Assembly (NCBI GenBank): GCA_051294375.1
Contig: CM119270.1
Location: 959,238-1,023,237 of the forward strand
Source: Paraspadella gotoi
Taxonomy: Eukaryota > Animalia > Chaetognatha
DNA: 64,000 nucleotides
Direction of reading: 5' to 3'
A program made the position numbers and the translations under genes. Below are positions 1 to 14,100 of the stretch, one piece after another. How positions within the stretch are numbered: the stretch's first letter is position 1; each line of letters opens with the position of its first letter. A model generated the notes under the pieces. It did no database searches. It had not been told where the DNA came from and was given only the letters and a program-made list of their open reading frames with translations.

Positions 1-103
1 GTACTCTACTCTCAACGATTAGTACTTTTTTTTTATTCCTACAATATGTAAAGATCACAGAGGAAAACAAATTCTAAGCTAAATTCTTTAATTCCCTTTA
101 AAG

Positions 104-3100
104 TCCCGACGCTCCGACGGCCTTCGACGTCGGAGCCCTCAACTCCCCACTCGAGGACGACCTGGTGCAAGAGGCCTTAAGGAAAGGGACCGATCTCCGC
201 CAATACTCCAAGCAGATCGAGCAAGAGCTTCAAGACGTCGAGAATGCCTCCATCTCTGGTTCCAAAAAAATAGCCTTTTTATTTTCTTTCCTTTATTTAT
301 ATTTTGACTCCTCTTCCCTCTTTATCCCCAGACTTCATCAAGGAGGCCTCCAATATCGCCAGCCTCCACGAACAGATCTGCTCCGTGGACGGGATCCTCG
401 GCCGCATGGAGAGCATGCTCCACGGTTTCCAGGAGGATCTGGGAAACATTTCCTCGCAGATCCAAACTCTGCAGCAGCAGTCGGTCAACATGAACCTCCG
501 CCTGAAGAATCGCCAGGCGGTGAAGGGAGAGTTGAGCCAATTCGTGGACGAGATGGTCATCGGCGACACTCTCGTCGAGGCCATCCTCGAGCTGCCCGTC
601 ACGGACCGGGCTTTTCTCGAGAACCTTCACGAACTCCATCACAAGATAAACTTCGCCAAGGAACAGTCCTTCAAGGAGGCCCGGTCCTGCGGCGATATCA
701 AGGACGTGCTGGAGAAGCTCAAATTCAAGGCCGTCGCTAAGATTCGCGAGTTTTTGCTGGGAAAGATCGCGGCCTTCAAGAAGCCGATGGCTAATTACCA
801 GGTGAAGGAAGAGATATTGTGTGGCAGCAAGACTTAAAGCTGCCTCACTGCTGTCCGTCCTCAGCCTCGTCTCAATAGCTGAGCAGGCTAAATCATCTGT
901 CTCCATCATCTGTCTCCATGATTGCAACCGTTCCTCTCGGGTTCAATCCCTGGGTATCCCGGTTCTGGCTTAAATGTGACGGAGCCGGTCACTGAAAGTC
1001 CGCAGCCCGTACGCCCGTTGGTGAGATACCCCGCGCCCTGGGTATCACAGGCAATCCTCCCGTTGCCATAATAGCACTTTTTTCAAAATTTAAATAGATT
1101 TCGAGCTCTTCAATTTTATCGACATATAGTAGTAATTTAAAACAACAGTATCGCCTTACTGGATAGCTAAAACTCACTGACAGCGTCGAAACTCTCCTCC
1201 TCTCAAAATATACTAAGCCGGACACGGAAGCGATTGTGTTCTGCTTTCCAAATGAGGAAGCCAATAGCCGTTTCATTATCCGTCCGATTATTTCCTCACT
1301 CACTATATTCCTCTTGATAGTTAAATTAGTTATTTTATATTAACTTCATTATTTCAAAACCCCCCCCTTTTCTCCCAGGTCCCCCAAAACGCCCTCCTCA
1401 AATCCCGCTTCTTCTTCGAGTTCCTCCTCGCCCATCAACGCGACGTCGCCAAGGAGATCAAGGAAGAGTACGTGGACACTCTCTCCAAAGTCTACTACTC
1501 CTACTTCAAGAGCTACCTCTCCCGCTTGACCCGGCTCCAGTTCGAGGAGGCGCCGGACCGTGACGACCTTCTGGGCGTGGAGGAAGGCGCCAAGCGAAGC
1601 CTCTTCGCCGCCAAGCCCGTCCTCAAGAACCGCTCCACCATCTTCACGCTGGAGTCGCGCGGGGAGGTGCTCGGGGAGGTGGAGGCGCCCATCATCGTGC
1701 CCCACGCCGCCGCGGATAACAAGACCAAGTGAAGGGGATTGACTGGAACCTGAGAAAATGGTTTTTAAAACTAACATAAGATCAAAAATCAAAATCCAGA
1801 TATCCCTTCGAGGCCCTCTTCCGCAGTCACCAATACGCCGTCCTGGACAATTGCTGCAGGGAATACCTTTTCCTCTGCGACTTTTTCATGGTGACGCCGT
1901 CGTCGTCTCAGGCTTTCGATCTTTTCACCGACGTCTTCGATCGAACCCTCGCCGTCTTCCTCAAACACGTGGACGGATTCACGTCGGAGACTTACGACAC
2001 CTTTGCCCTTTTACTCTGCTTGCATCTCTGTTTTAGGTTCGCGGGGAGGGATGATTCTTGTGCGTTGATTGCAGTCTTCATGTTGTCAATGATTTATGGA
2101 GAAGTCGCATATAATTTCGTAGTATAAATAAGAGCTAGTTTAGAAATCCCAATTACACAGTTCCGTGAATTAATTATATTAAAGGTGTCACGAGTTCTGT
2201 TCTTTTCTGTTCTCTTTCAATATGCGACCTATTTTGGGTTTTGCGATGTGTAACACGACTCTTTACTATTATATTCAAATGAGATTGAATTTTTGAAAGG
2301 AAGACCTCCGGGCGATTAATCGAATCTCTTCTTTTTAATTCCTCCCTCGCCAAAGGTTCCGCTCCCTGTGCCACAATCGCGGCGTGGCGGCGCTGAACAA
2401 ATACTGGATCGCGGTGGAGAAATATCTCTGGCGCCGGTTGGAGTTCGTCGTCAATCTCCACGTGGAGAGCGTGAGGACGACAGATCCGAGCAAGTTGGGC
2501 GTCATCGAGACCCGGCCGCACTACATCGCCAGGAGATACGCAGGTTGGTGGAAGAAGGAAATGAATCCAAACCAAAAGAATCGATGAATCCGATGGAAAT
2601 CCGATCCAGAGTTCAGCGGCTCGATCCTCTCGGTCAACACGACGTGGCCGTCAGAGGCCGTGACTCGGGCGTTGGCCAAACTCCAGGTGGAGGTAGAGAA
2701 CTTTGTGCTGCGGATGGCGGCCGAGTTTCCGCAGCGACGGGAGCAGCTCGTCTTTCTCATCAACAACTACGACATGCTTATCAGGTTGGATGATGTTGTT
2801 CTTCTTCTTGTATCCTGAAACTTGAAAGGCGTTCATCCATTTTGAGACTGCTTCGCTCTCATTGCTGTTGTCGCAAATCGTTTTCTTTGTCTTCGTCGTT
2901 GTCGTCGTTGACGTTAATTAACGATGGACAATGATAAAGGTGATGACAAAGGTAATGACGGATACGATGACAAATATTCAATAAGTCAATAATAATTTTT
3001 TGAAGGGTTCACTCTTGAGAGTCGATGTTCGAAATCCCTCGGAAATCCTTTGGCTTTGCCGTCGACCCCTTAAGTCTCTATGTCGGTTATTGGTCAGTCT

Positions 3101-4683
3101 AAGGTTGAAGTAAGGTCTGTGATTCGTCGGCTTTCTGATGATTCGTGAATGAGACTAGCAATCACGTCCCGAGGCCAATCAAGTTCGTCGATTGGTCCAT
3201 TCCGTTGATGTTGTTGTCGTCGTCGTTGTCGCCTCTGTCGTCTACTCCCTTTTTACGTGAATAAATTAAAATGTTCAACAAAAGAACAATTGACTCCAAA
3301 TTTTCCCACTTTCTCACTTTTTCTCATTTTCTCACTTTCCTAACCCATCCAACGCCCCCATCCCCCCCCCTCACCCAGCGTTCTCGTGGAGAAGACGTCG
3401 GCGGAGGAATCGGCGGAGGTGGTGGGGTTCAAGGAACTCCTCGTCTCCCGGACGACCGAGTTTGTTGAAGAAGTTCTTTATCAGTTCTTCGGCGGTGAAT
3501 ATATTTTATTGCGTAGAAATAATCGTCCTCTTTGTAAAGTTGCATTGTATTTAAATGGTTCTTTTTGCCATTTTTGTGTTGGTTTTTTTTTTCTGGAAGC
3601 AAAAAATTTCAACCGTTTCTAAATAAGCGTAACCACATACAACGCTTTAATCGGAGATGTGGAATTCGGGAATTAAAGAGAAAACCAGTTTTATTATTAC
3701 TTCTTCTATCCCCTTTAAGGGTCTTTAAATTGTTAGCGATAAAGTTGTAACATTTTCTACGTTTTTCCGAAGCAAATACAATATGCAAATGAGATGAAAA
3801 CACTTTTCTTTTCCCCACTTCCCCCCCACAAAATAAAAAAGGTCTGATGGTGTTCGTGAAGGAAGCGGAATCGGCGATCGAACGCGGGACCACGGAGGCG
3901 CTGGCGTCGCGCAAGGACGAGCGTCACGTGACGGCTTTGGCCAACGCGTTCGCCTCCGACTGGAAAAGAGCGATCGACTCCATTAACTCGCAAGTTATGA
4001 GGTCCGCCTCGCTGCCGCTGCCGCTGCTGAATGCTGATAATTGTTATGAGGTCCGCCTCGCCTGAATGCTGAATGCTGATAATTGTTTTTTTTTGGGGGG
4101 GGGGTCGCGATGGCGCAAAGGATGCGCGAGGAATTTAATTCCACAAACTAATTAATGTCTTACGATTTTTGAAAATATCTCACATTTCTGGAAGCGCTGG
4201 TGCGCGAGGAGAGCATGTTAAGTTTGCGTTTGTTGATTGGTGTATTTCACGTGGCCCATAATTGTGAGCGTTGGATTACTTGTTTTAGGACTTTACGAGA
4301 CATTACTAATTTATTGTTAATTCGGTTCTTATGTATTCCTAGATATTTGCCTGCCAATTGACCCACAAACCTAATGATTTGGTGGGATAAAATAACAATA
4401 TTAAACCTTTACTGCAATAGAATAGATATTTATCAATACTTAATCAAATCGCGGTAATAAGAAAATGAGATTGTTGAACTTCAACCCAAACCCCAGATCC
4501 TTCAGCAACTTTCGTCAAGGTCAATCGATCGTCCAGACATGCCTGGCTCAAATGATCCAGTACTACCACCGCTTCATCAAGGTTTTTGCCGTCGCGCCTT
4601 TCAAGAACTACGCCGTCCGCGGAGAGTTGCTCAACATCCATCACATCATGGTCGAAGTCAAGAAGCACAAGTCCACCTTCTGA
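104..4683 (+). CDS. VPS52: Vacuolar protein sorting 52 (GARP/EARP subunit), multi-exon; start codon not located (5' exon probably upstream)
   Basis: Inferred exons ~104-258, 332-801, 1379-1728, 1800-2036, 2356-2543, 2610-2784, 3379-3494, 3842-4001, 4497-4683. Vps52-typical peptides: DLRQYSKQIE, LHEQICSVDGILGRMESMLHGFQEDLGNISSQIQTLQQQS, ETRPHYIARRYAEF, FLINNYD, LLNIHHIMVEVKKHK. Confidence 0.93.
835..1073 (+). mobile_element. tRNA-derived SINE with an internally deleted twister and the shared two-hairpin tail
   Basis: B box GGTTCAATCCC ~940-950. Retains AAA-TGT-GA-CGG and TCCGCAGC (T1 CCG:CGG) but lacks the TAA cleavage segment. Tail GATACC..GGTATCACAGGCAA..TTGCCATAAT at 1021-1072. Confidence 0.7.
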
Positions 4684-5020
4684 AGGGGTCCCAAGTGGAT
4701 CGCCGACGGTGCCTAGAATGACGGCTCCTGACTTTGAAAAAAGGAAGAAGCGTGGATTGTCCTCTCCCCCTCCTTACCTCAAAACTTCGTCCGCTTAACT
4801 TACTAAGTCATTTTTTCGTCTTCTCTTACCGAAGAAAGAGGAGAGAAGAATTTTCACGGGGTTCCTTTCATGCGATTTTCTTGTCCTATCTTTTTTTTTT
4901 TTTACAAATAAATTCATTCCGGTCTTGCGTTTTTATGTAGCTTTTATATTTATACTGATAAAAAAAACAAATCAAATGATGCGTTTTTCTCTGCGTCGTC
5001 GCGACGGCGTGGAGAATCTA

Positions 5021-5030
5021 GTCACGTGAC
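5021..5030. promoter_or_regulatory. Palindromic E-box GTCACGTGAC upstream of DCTN1
   Basis: About 140 bp upstream of the ATG; the same 10-mer occurs at ~22302-22311, upstream of the nested SLC22-like gene. Confidence 0.4.
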
Positions 5031-5171
5031 GAATGAGCGTCCCTCGAAGAACGAGAATCGAGTATCTTTATCGGATTTTCAAAAAGACGATATAACGGCG
5101 TCGCGCGCTGACAAATTCGCGAACTCCTGGCCGACTTAAACGCATAATTTAATTATAACGACGACGACAAC

Positions 5172-8100
5172 ATGGCGAGCCCCAGCCTGCCGCCCGTCTC
5201 CCTCAAGAACGGGCACCGGGTTCAAGTGTCGGGCAAAGACTCGACTGGCACGGTGGCCTTCGTGGGCACGACCCAGTTCGCGACGGGCAAGTGGATCGGC
5301 GTCGTCCTCGACAAACCAGAGGGGAAGAACAACGGAACCGTCCAGGGGAAGAAGTATTTCTCCTCTCCCGATAATCACGGCATCTTCGTGCGGCAGGTGA
5401 GGTTTTTTTGGGGGTGAGGTGGGTCGGCTTAAGTAGGGAGGAGATCCTGTGGCGGTATATTCACACCGCCCCACGTCCACCATCCTTCAGCCAAATCCAT
5501 TGGCTCAGAGGGGGAACACACCATCCCAGGCGTAGTGTTCCATCCACAGTCCTAACGACTTCCCTCTGCGTTGGCAAAGCGAGACCGTCCTAGGGTAACC
5601 GCGCCAGTGACTGGAGGCGTCACTGAGGGTCGGAAGCCCCCAAACTTGGGCCAAAGCCAACAGTGAGATGCCCCATCCCAATGGGCATCACAGGCAACCC
5701 GGCTGTTGCCATAATGTCATGTTAAAAAGTAATGATGATTGAGTTATCGTATTTTCCCCTTTGAGTTTGAACAAAAACATTTTGTTTCTTCATGTGTAAA
5801 ATTGTGCTTTACATCGCTCCATCCAGAGAAAGTTGTTCAATGAAACATAATTTTCTGCATTATGCAAATGATATTATTAAACTTTCATCTCCCCATTCTC
5901 AGAGTCAACTCATCTTGCTCACCCCAATGGACGGAGCAGGAGGAGGAATTCCCTTGAGCGCCTCTCGCGATTCCCTCTCTGGTTCCGGACGCGACGGCGG
6001 CAGCCCTTCCGCTCATGCCACGCCCCCGAGCGGCGGCTCCAAGTCCGCCTCTCGCGAGTCTCTCTCCATGGAACGCGCCAAGTCGACTCTCAGCTCTGGC
6101 GGCGCCGATCGACCCTCCAAGATCTCGTCGGCGGCCAAGACGCCCGCGTCTAGCATCTCAAAAATTCGACGCCAGCGCAGCAGCCTGATGCCGGATACGT
6201 CGCCGGCCGCTGCGACGACGACCGAGAAGAAGACGGAGAAGGAAAAGGCGAATAAGAAGGAGTCATCGGGTGGGGAAGAAGCTGGCGGCGGCGGCGGCGG
6301 CTCGTCCTCTGCTGTGCAGGCGATGACCGACGCAGTCTCCGCCAGTCTCGAAACGTTGCAGCTGAGGCAGGAAAACGAAGGTATGATGATAATATTTAAT
6401 AATGGAATAATATTTAATTAAATAATTTTTCTAACTTTTCTTAGAGCTGAAGAACGAAGCCCAGGACCTGAAGGAAAAATTGGAGACGCTGAAACTGAAG
6501 CGACAAGAGGACAAAGTCAAGTTGAAGGAGTTGGACAAGACCAAGATCCAGTTGGAAGAGTTGCAACGCTACAAGGTCAAGATGCAAGAATCCAACGCCG
6601 ATTTGCAGAAACAAATGCAAAACTCCAAGAGAGAGGCCAAGGACACTCAGGTTTGCCGATGGATTGGGTGTGGATGTAATATTGTGTTAAATTTAAATTG
6701 AATTATATATCAATTTAATTAGGAAATAAGTTTTTATTAGCAGAAAAACAACGATCTGTTTTGACAATAAATCGTTGTTTTTCCGCCAATAAAAACTTAT
6801 TTCCTAATTTAAAACGCAACGAAAAGAGAGATTAAACACAATAAATTTGAATTGCTATATTATTTGTTTTTTCTACGCAGGAAGCCTTCGATGCTTACAA
6901 AGAGGAAATGGCCGAAGTGGCGGAGTCAATGGAGATCGCCACGCTTGACAAGGAGATGGCTGAGGAGAAGGCGAGTGTGAATGAATGTGTGAGAGTGTGA
7001 ATGAATGAATAAACGTCCGAATGGATATGTCATTAAAAGATGTCGAAGAGAAGAGTGCGTGTAGGGAAGAATTTGACTCTATGAATGTCCATGTGAATGA
7101 ATGAATGCGTGTGAGAAAGAAGGAATTTGCGAATGAGTCGATGAATTTGCTAGCGACTTATCAAGCCTTATTATTCAATATATATAAATTTAAGCAAAAA
7201 GAGTAAAACGAAGAATCCAAAATCGCCACGAATGCTCTTTTGTCACGGCTAGTCCGGTATATCGCGCGTTTATCAGAGAAAAAACGAAATAAAAACAAAA
7301 GACAAACGAAAGAAAAAACTGTACAAAAGTCGGCGCCGATCCGCCGACCAATCAGCGCCCGCCCTGGAGCGGGAGCCAGTCCTCTTCGACATCCGGGCTT
7401 ACGAAAAGCTCACTCGTCCCTAGCAGTCCCCGGAGTCGAAACTCCACGAAACATCTCTGCAGTAAAAACGGAAGAAAGTCTGCGCTCCAGACCAATCTCC
7501 CGCTCGAAGGATGACGCCAAGATCCACTCCACGAGCGAAAGCCTCCGAGACCGCCATGGCCCGCGTTGAGCCAGGCGGCGCTGAAACGTCTGCCTCCAAG
7601 AAGAGAGCCTTGAGAATAGCCGCGAAGCGCTGCGTCGAGAGAGGTCTAAATATAGATATTGGGGTGCAGAACAGGAAATCGTGCGGCGGTGAAACAGAAG
7701 AACGAACTGCCAGCCAACTCCGTAAGGCTTCCACTGGGCATCTTGAAAAAATCTGGAAGGGCATCCAAGCGAAAGGCCGGCCCTTATGCCCGCACCCTAT
7801 CAAGTCTTGGAGAACGAAAGATGCCCGGCGTCGCAACGATGAGGAAAACTGATCGGCGAAGAATATCCCTCGGAGATGCTGGAAGAGGCGCCGAGTCGAG
7901 AATCNNNNNNNNNNNNNNNNNNNNNNNNNCTGCCGGACGCCTGCCTGGCCGCTCAGTTCGACGCGGCTTTCTCCGGCCGGGCCAACGCCGCCACTCTCCG
8001 GGCCCTCACGCGCACTATGCAGGAAGCGGGTGCCGCCGCACATGCAGTGCTTCATGCAGCGGATGAGCTTCGTTCTCTCAAATCTTCGGTTCTTGCGGGC

Positions 8101-11100
8101 TTGCCGAGGGATCAGATCGCAGAGGCTATTGATGATCTGGCCTCGCCTCTTAGCGACGTTGCTGCCTTTCAAGCGGCGGCTTTCAACTCGGCCATCAGCG
8201 ATGTACGTAAGACGGTTCTTGCCTCCGTTTCAACGGATTTGAGAGCAGCGCTTTCACGGGCCCCGCCCACTGTCGACTCCTTTTTCGGAAATCAGTCTTC
8301 CCAGATTGCTTCGGCGCTCAATTCGTCGCTCTTGCGCAACGTCTCTCGTCAGAGCAGTCGGATGATCGTCGCCCTCGCTTTCGCCCTAAGTCGCAATACA
8401 AGCCGAGAAAGGGTTTCAAGAAGACCTTTCCTCGCAAGAAATCGGGAAACGGCGAGGGCAGGGGCGACAAGACTTCAAAGTGACGCCCTCCTCCAGGACC
8501 TCGGTCGCCGCCTCGTCCGACCGTTTTGGCCCATTTAGACACGGATCCGCCCACGGACTGGATTTTGGACTCGGACCCTCCCCTCCCCGCCCTCCGCCCG
8601 GAGGCTCCAGTGGGAGGTCGTCTTCACCTCTTCCGCGATTTCTGGATTTCTCTCGTCGGAGAGGACTCCCTTTTACAGAACATTTCGGGCTTTCGCATCG
8701 GGGAGGAGGAGATTCCCGTTCGCCTTCCCCGTTCTTCGGACGAGACTCCACTTTTCGGAGATCGAGATGCAGTGTCGACGCCGAGATCTCTGCAGCGTTG
8801 GAAAAGGGCGCCATCGAGGAAGTCGACGAGTCTCCGGTTTTTATTCAAAGATCTTTCTTGTCCCAAAAAAGGATGGAGGTTGGCGCCCAATCTTGAACCT
8901 CAAGAAACTCAACGCCAAGTATCTCGACCCCCTTACTTTCGCATGGAGGGGGCTCAGGATGTCAAGAAGATGTTTCGTCGAGGGGATTGGGGGTCGTCGA
9001 TCGACCTTCGCGACGCTTACTTGCATCTTCCGCTTCACAAGGAGGATCGGAGATACTGCCGCTTCATTTGGAAGGGACGGATCTTCCAATACAGGGTCCT
9101 CCCCTTTGGCCTCGCAACGGGCCCGTGGTCTTCACCAAGACGACGAGGCCCTTGGTTCAGTGGCTTCGTCAGAGAGGCATCAGATGTCTTTTTTATATCG
9201 ACATTCTGATCCTGGCAGCGACAGAAGAGGATTGTCAACGTGCAACTTTGATGGCCGCTCGTCTGCTCAAGGAGGCCGGTTTCATCCTCCACCTGCAGAA
9301 GCGATTTTGCCCTGCCACGCTTGACTCCTGGATCACATGGCCTCTCCCACACGGTAGCCCTACCGTCGTCAAGAGAGGAGACCATTCAATCTCTGGCATC
9401 ATCGATCATCATGGACCCTTCGCCATCGGCTCGACGCCTCCTTCAACTGCTGGGTCACGCGACAGCAGCCTCCATGGCTTCCCCACTTCTCCGCTGTCGG
9501 TCTCGCGGATTCAGCGGGATGTGAACCAAGTCTACAAGTCGGACTCGACCTCAACCAGATCGTTCACCTCCGGGATCCGGCACTGGAGGAACTTCGCTGG
9601 ATGGCGGAGTTGTCAGAGGATCTCTGCTTCGCGCCTATCGACACTCTCCTTCCAGAAGCTTGCAAGCTCCAGGTCACGACGGATGCCTCGACCCAGGGGT
9701 GGGGCCTCCTTTTTCAAGGTCGTCTTCTGAGGGGGAAGTGGAAGGGTGCGGATGCCCTTCTCCATATCAATGTGAAGGAGTTCATGGTGCTTCGTCTCTT
9801 CCTCCAGCGATTCGGTTCCTCACACAGAGATTCGTCGATCCTTTGAAGACAGACAGTCTGGTTCCTCACCTGCCTTCGTCGGGGATCCAGCAGATCCCCG
9901 GTTCTCCACGAAGTTGTCCGGGACACTCTTTTATTGGCCCACAACTTCAAGATTCGCCTCACGGGAGTCCACATCGCCTCGGAGGAGAACCTCGTCACGG
10001 ATGCGGCTTCAAGGGGTCGCAAAGTAGCGGATTGGAAGCTCTTCCAAGAGTCTTCAAGCAGATTGTAGACCGCTTCGGCCTTCCCAACAATCGATCTATT
10101 TGCGACGTCGGCGTCAACTCAAGTTCCACGTTTTTTCGCTTGGGAAGCGTCTCCCAAAGCGGAGGGAGTGGATGCATTGGCCCAAGTTTGGGCCTTCGAC
10201 CTAGCGTACCTTTTCCTCCGCCTCCGTTACTGGCGATGGTGATCCGCAAGTTGGAGGACGCCAAGGGAGTCTTCCTCCTGATAACCCCTTTCTGGCCAGC
10301 GCAGAAATGGTTCCCAGCCTTCTCAATCTTCAGATTCTGGACGCGAGGCGACTTCCGACGCCAGACAAGCTCGTCATAGACCTCGTCACCGGTCTCCCTC
10401 CTCCACAGGCGGAGCGCTTCAAGCTCGTCATCTGGAAGATTTCAGGAGGCTCCACCGCCTCGCAGATGTCGACGACTCCACCTTCTCCATCATTGCTGAC
10501 AGCTGGCGAGGTTCCACCAGGGAGCGTTACGCTCGCGCTTGGGACTCCTTCCGCTCCTTCCTTCAGGACCGTGGAGTACAAGGACTTACAGCCTCTGTAG
10601 AAGACGTTCTCGACTATTTGGGCCAACTCTGCGAACGTGGCCTTTCTTCAGTACGATCAATCTTCATCGATCGGCTATTTCTTCTACGCTCCCCCCCATG
10701 GAGGGATTGCCTGTTGGGGAGCTTCCAGTTGTTCGCCGTTTGCTCAAGGGAGTTTTCGAGAGGCGCCCTCCTTCCGTCGACTCTTCCCGCCGTGGAATGC
10801 AGCTTCTGTTTTTGCAGATTCTCGACTCGGCGCCTCTTCCAGCATCTCCGAGGGATCTTCTTCGCCGATCAGTTTTCCTCACGCCCTAGCTTCGCTCGGC
10901 GCCCTTCGGAGCTGCTCCTTGTTGCGACGCCGGCATCTTTCGTTGGCTTCGGATCACGTGCGTTTTGTCCCTTCGAAGCTCTCCAAGACTGATAGGGTGG
11001 GGCATATGGGCCCGGCCTTTCGCTTTGGATGCCCTTCCGCGATCTTTCAAGATGCCCAGTGGAAGCCTTACGGAGTTGGCTGGCAGTTCGTTCTTCGGTT

Positions 11101-14100
11101 TCACCGCCGCACGATTTCCCTGTTCTGCGCCCCAATATATCCATTTAGACCTCTCTCGACGCAGCGCTTCGCGGCTATTCTCAAGGCTCTCTTCTTGGAG
11201 GCCAGACGTTTCAGCGCCGCCTGGCTCAACGCGGGCCATGGCGGTCCTCGGAGGCTTTCGCTCGTGGAGTGGATCTTGGCGTCATCCTTCGAGCGGGAGA
11301 TTGGTCTGGACGCAGACTTTCTTCCGTTTTTACTGCAGAGATGTTTCGTGGAGTTCGACTCCGGGGACTGCTAGGGACGAGTGAGCTTTTCGTAGCCCGG
11401 ATGTCGAAGAGGACTGGCTCCCGCTCCAGGGCGGGCGCTGATTGGTCGGGCGGATCGGCGCCGACTTTTGTACAGTTTTTTCTTTCGTTTGTCTTTTGTT
11501 TTTATTTCGTTTTTTCTCTGATAAACGCGCGATATACCGGACTAGCCGTACAAAAGAGCATTCGTGGCGAGGCGGACCGATGAGAATCTGTATTCCATTC
11601 GAATTTTGGATTTCCCCTTATTCGTTCTGAAGCTGTCATTTGGCTTGACAAACTTCTCTGAGGAGAGTCAGTAGGTTACGACAAGGTGATTAGAGGGCAT
11701 TGGTGCTTATTGCCTTTTCCAGAAGGTCTCCCTCTGTCTCAGCGAGCGAGACGGGGAGTCATTGTGCGGCCAGTGGTGGTTTGGGATTCATCCACCACCA
11801 TGATTTAGGGAAGGTTCAGGTTCAAGAGATTGACTTGTTTCCATCTTATTCAGTTTTTTATTTTTTATGGTTATATGTCTTTACACCATATTTTTTCTCT
11901 ATTTATAAACAATATATATGGTATTATTGATTAGGTATCTGACATTAAAATACAATGAAAGTTCATCAGGCGGGACAAACTCCGACGGTGATGAGGAGTC
12001 GACCCAACGACGCAAACGAGCGGGAGCAACGCGATGGCGAGAATCCCAAGCGTCGGAAAGCACTCCCGATGAACCGACATGACGTAGGGAGCGCCACTGG
12101 TCCAGCACCCAATCGGACGGCAGAGGCGCAGAACGGGCAGAAGGCACAAAATCCTCAAAGCCGCCCGCGACGTCTGAATCAGAAGAATCTTCCTCCTCCT
12201 CCGACGAATAGTGAGCATCCGGGTCCGGGGCGGTGTGGGACCGCTGCGACCAGTGGCGCTTAGGTGCTGGTCCTTCAGAACGCGAGGACGAGGCGGACTT
12301 GCCAATGGGGGACCGGCCTCTGGAGTCGGAACAGCAAGGAGTTGAGCGAGAAGGCGAAGAGGGGCGTAGAATAAACCGGACCGATGAAGGATCGTCACAT
12401 AAAAAAGAAACGTAAAAAACAGGAATTAGACATTAATTCATTTCTAAAAAAAAAACGCCAAAACCCTCCCCCCCTCCCTCTCCCCAACCCAAGCCCAGTC
12501 CTCCAAGCCACGAGAAAAAAAGGGTGGTGAACCAAAAAGGGGCGGAAGGCGGGTCTCGTGGCGAGGCGGACCGATGAAGAATCTGTATTCCATTCGGAAT
12601 TTTGGATTCTATCATCGGTCCGCCTCGCCACGAATGCTCCCTAACGAGAAGGCGAAGTGTTGGGGAAAAAATCGAAAGAGAAAAATAAAGGGAGAAACAA
12701 AAAAGGGGAGGCGAGGCGAACGTAACCAAAGGATACGTAACTAAATTTAAACTACTGAAAAAACGACGAACAAAATAAACTCACCGTCGTAAATCCTCCA
12801 AGTGGTGCCGCGTATCGCGGCGGTGCTCGTCAAACTCCTTCCTCATGCTGTTCAGCGACGACGTAAGAGTCGCTAGGAGCGACTCCAGTCCTCCAGTCTC
12901 GGCGCCCGGAAAATTCGACGGGGCTGTTAACTGGCCGCCACGAGGCCCAGGCTCCGGAGCGGGAGGGGCGGTGGAGGTGGTGGTGGCGGCGGGGGAGAGA
13001 CCACTCGAGTCCCGCTGGACCCCTCTCCCCCTGCAGGGGCCTCTCTTCAGGGCGGGCGCTGATTGGTCGGCGGATCGGCGCCGACTTTTGTACAGTTTTT
13101 TCTTTTGTTTGTCTTTTGTTTTTATTTCGTTTTTTCTCTGATAAACGCGCGATATACCGGACTAGCCGTGACAAAAGAGCATTCGTGGCGAGGCGGACCG
13201 ATGATAGAATTCCCTCCACGGTCAATCCCTCCATTCATTCTCTCTCTCTCTCTCTCTTTCAGGCGGAAACTCTCCAGACGGAACTGGATCTCCTCAAAGA
13301 GAAAAACGAGGAACTCAGCGTCGAACTCGAGTTGATGAAGGAGGAGATCGACAGCGGCGGGCTCGGCGGCGGCGGGAGCGGCGAAGGCGGCGGCGTGACC
13401 ACTTATCAGATGAAGCAGCTGGAGCAGCAGAACGACAGGCTCAAAGAGGCGTTGATGAAGTTCCGTGATTTGTCCCAACATGAAAAGCAGGAGAACGTTC
13501 GATTGATCAAGGCGAGTTTTGTGAGAAGAATCGTGTGTGAAGGCTGAAGCGTTTGGTGAGGGGGGGAGGGCTATTTTATCGGGTATAAATTTTGGTGAAA
13601 TCGCGAATAGACTTTGGAAATGTGGATTTAATCTCTTGTGGCATTATATGTCATTTTTAAGGAAAGATATTTATAATTTGAATAAGATTTTTTTAATGCT
13701 AGATATGACAACTTTGTGATTTTCATCCCCTTCTTCCGTCTTATTCCGCCGATAGGACAAAGACGTGGCCAACGAACAGATCAAAAAGTTGAGTCGGGAA
13801 AAAGAGAGTTTGTCCCGACATGTGGCCGACATGGAGAAGGAGATGGGAGACATGAAAGAACAGGTCAGTATAAATCTACTCCATTTATTTTACATTAGTA
13901 GCAAAGGCCTTTCTGAATTCAACTAAAAAACTATACGTGCATAATACAATTTTGCGCCATCCGAAAATCGGATATCAGTTGATTAAAAGTTCTCTCGAGC
14001 TGAATGGATTGAGTGAAGAGGTAAGTTTGTTAGGTGAACTTATTTCAAATTTTTAAAGGAAGCTAACGAAGCTAATGACATAGTTGGATTACATTAGTCA

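Noticed and set aside
3995-4085. Duplicated splice donor TTATGAG|GTCCGCCTCGC in a VPS52 intron
   Set aside because: A local ~50-bp tandem duplication; using the second donor would shift the frame and nothing suggests function.
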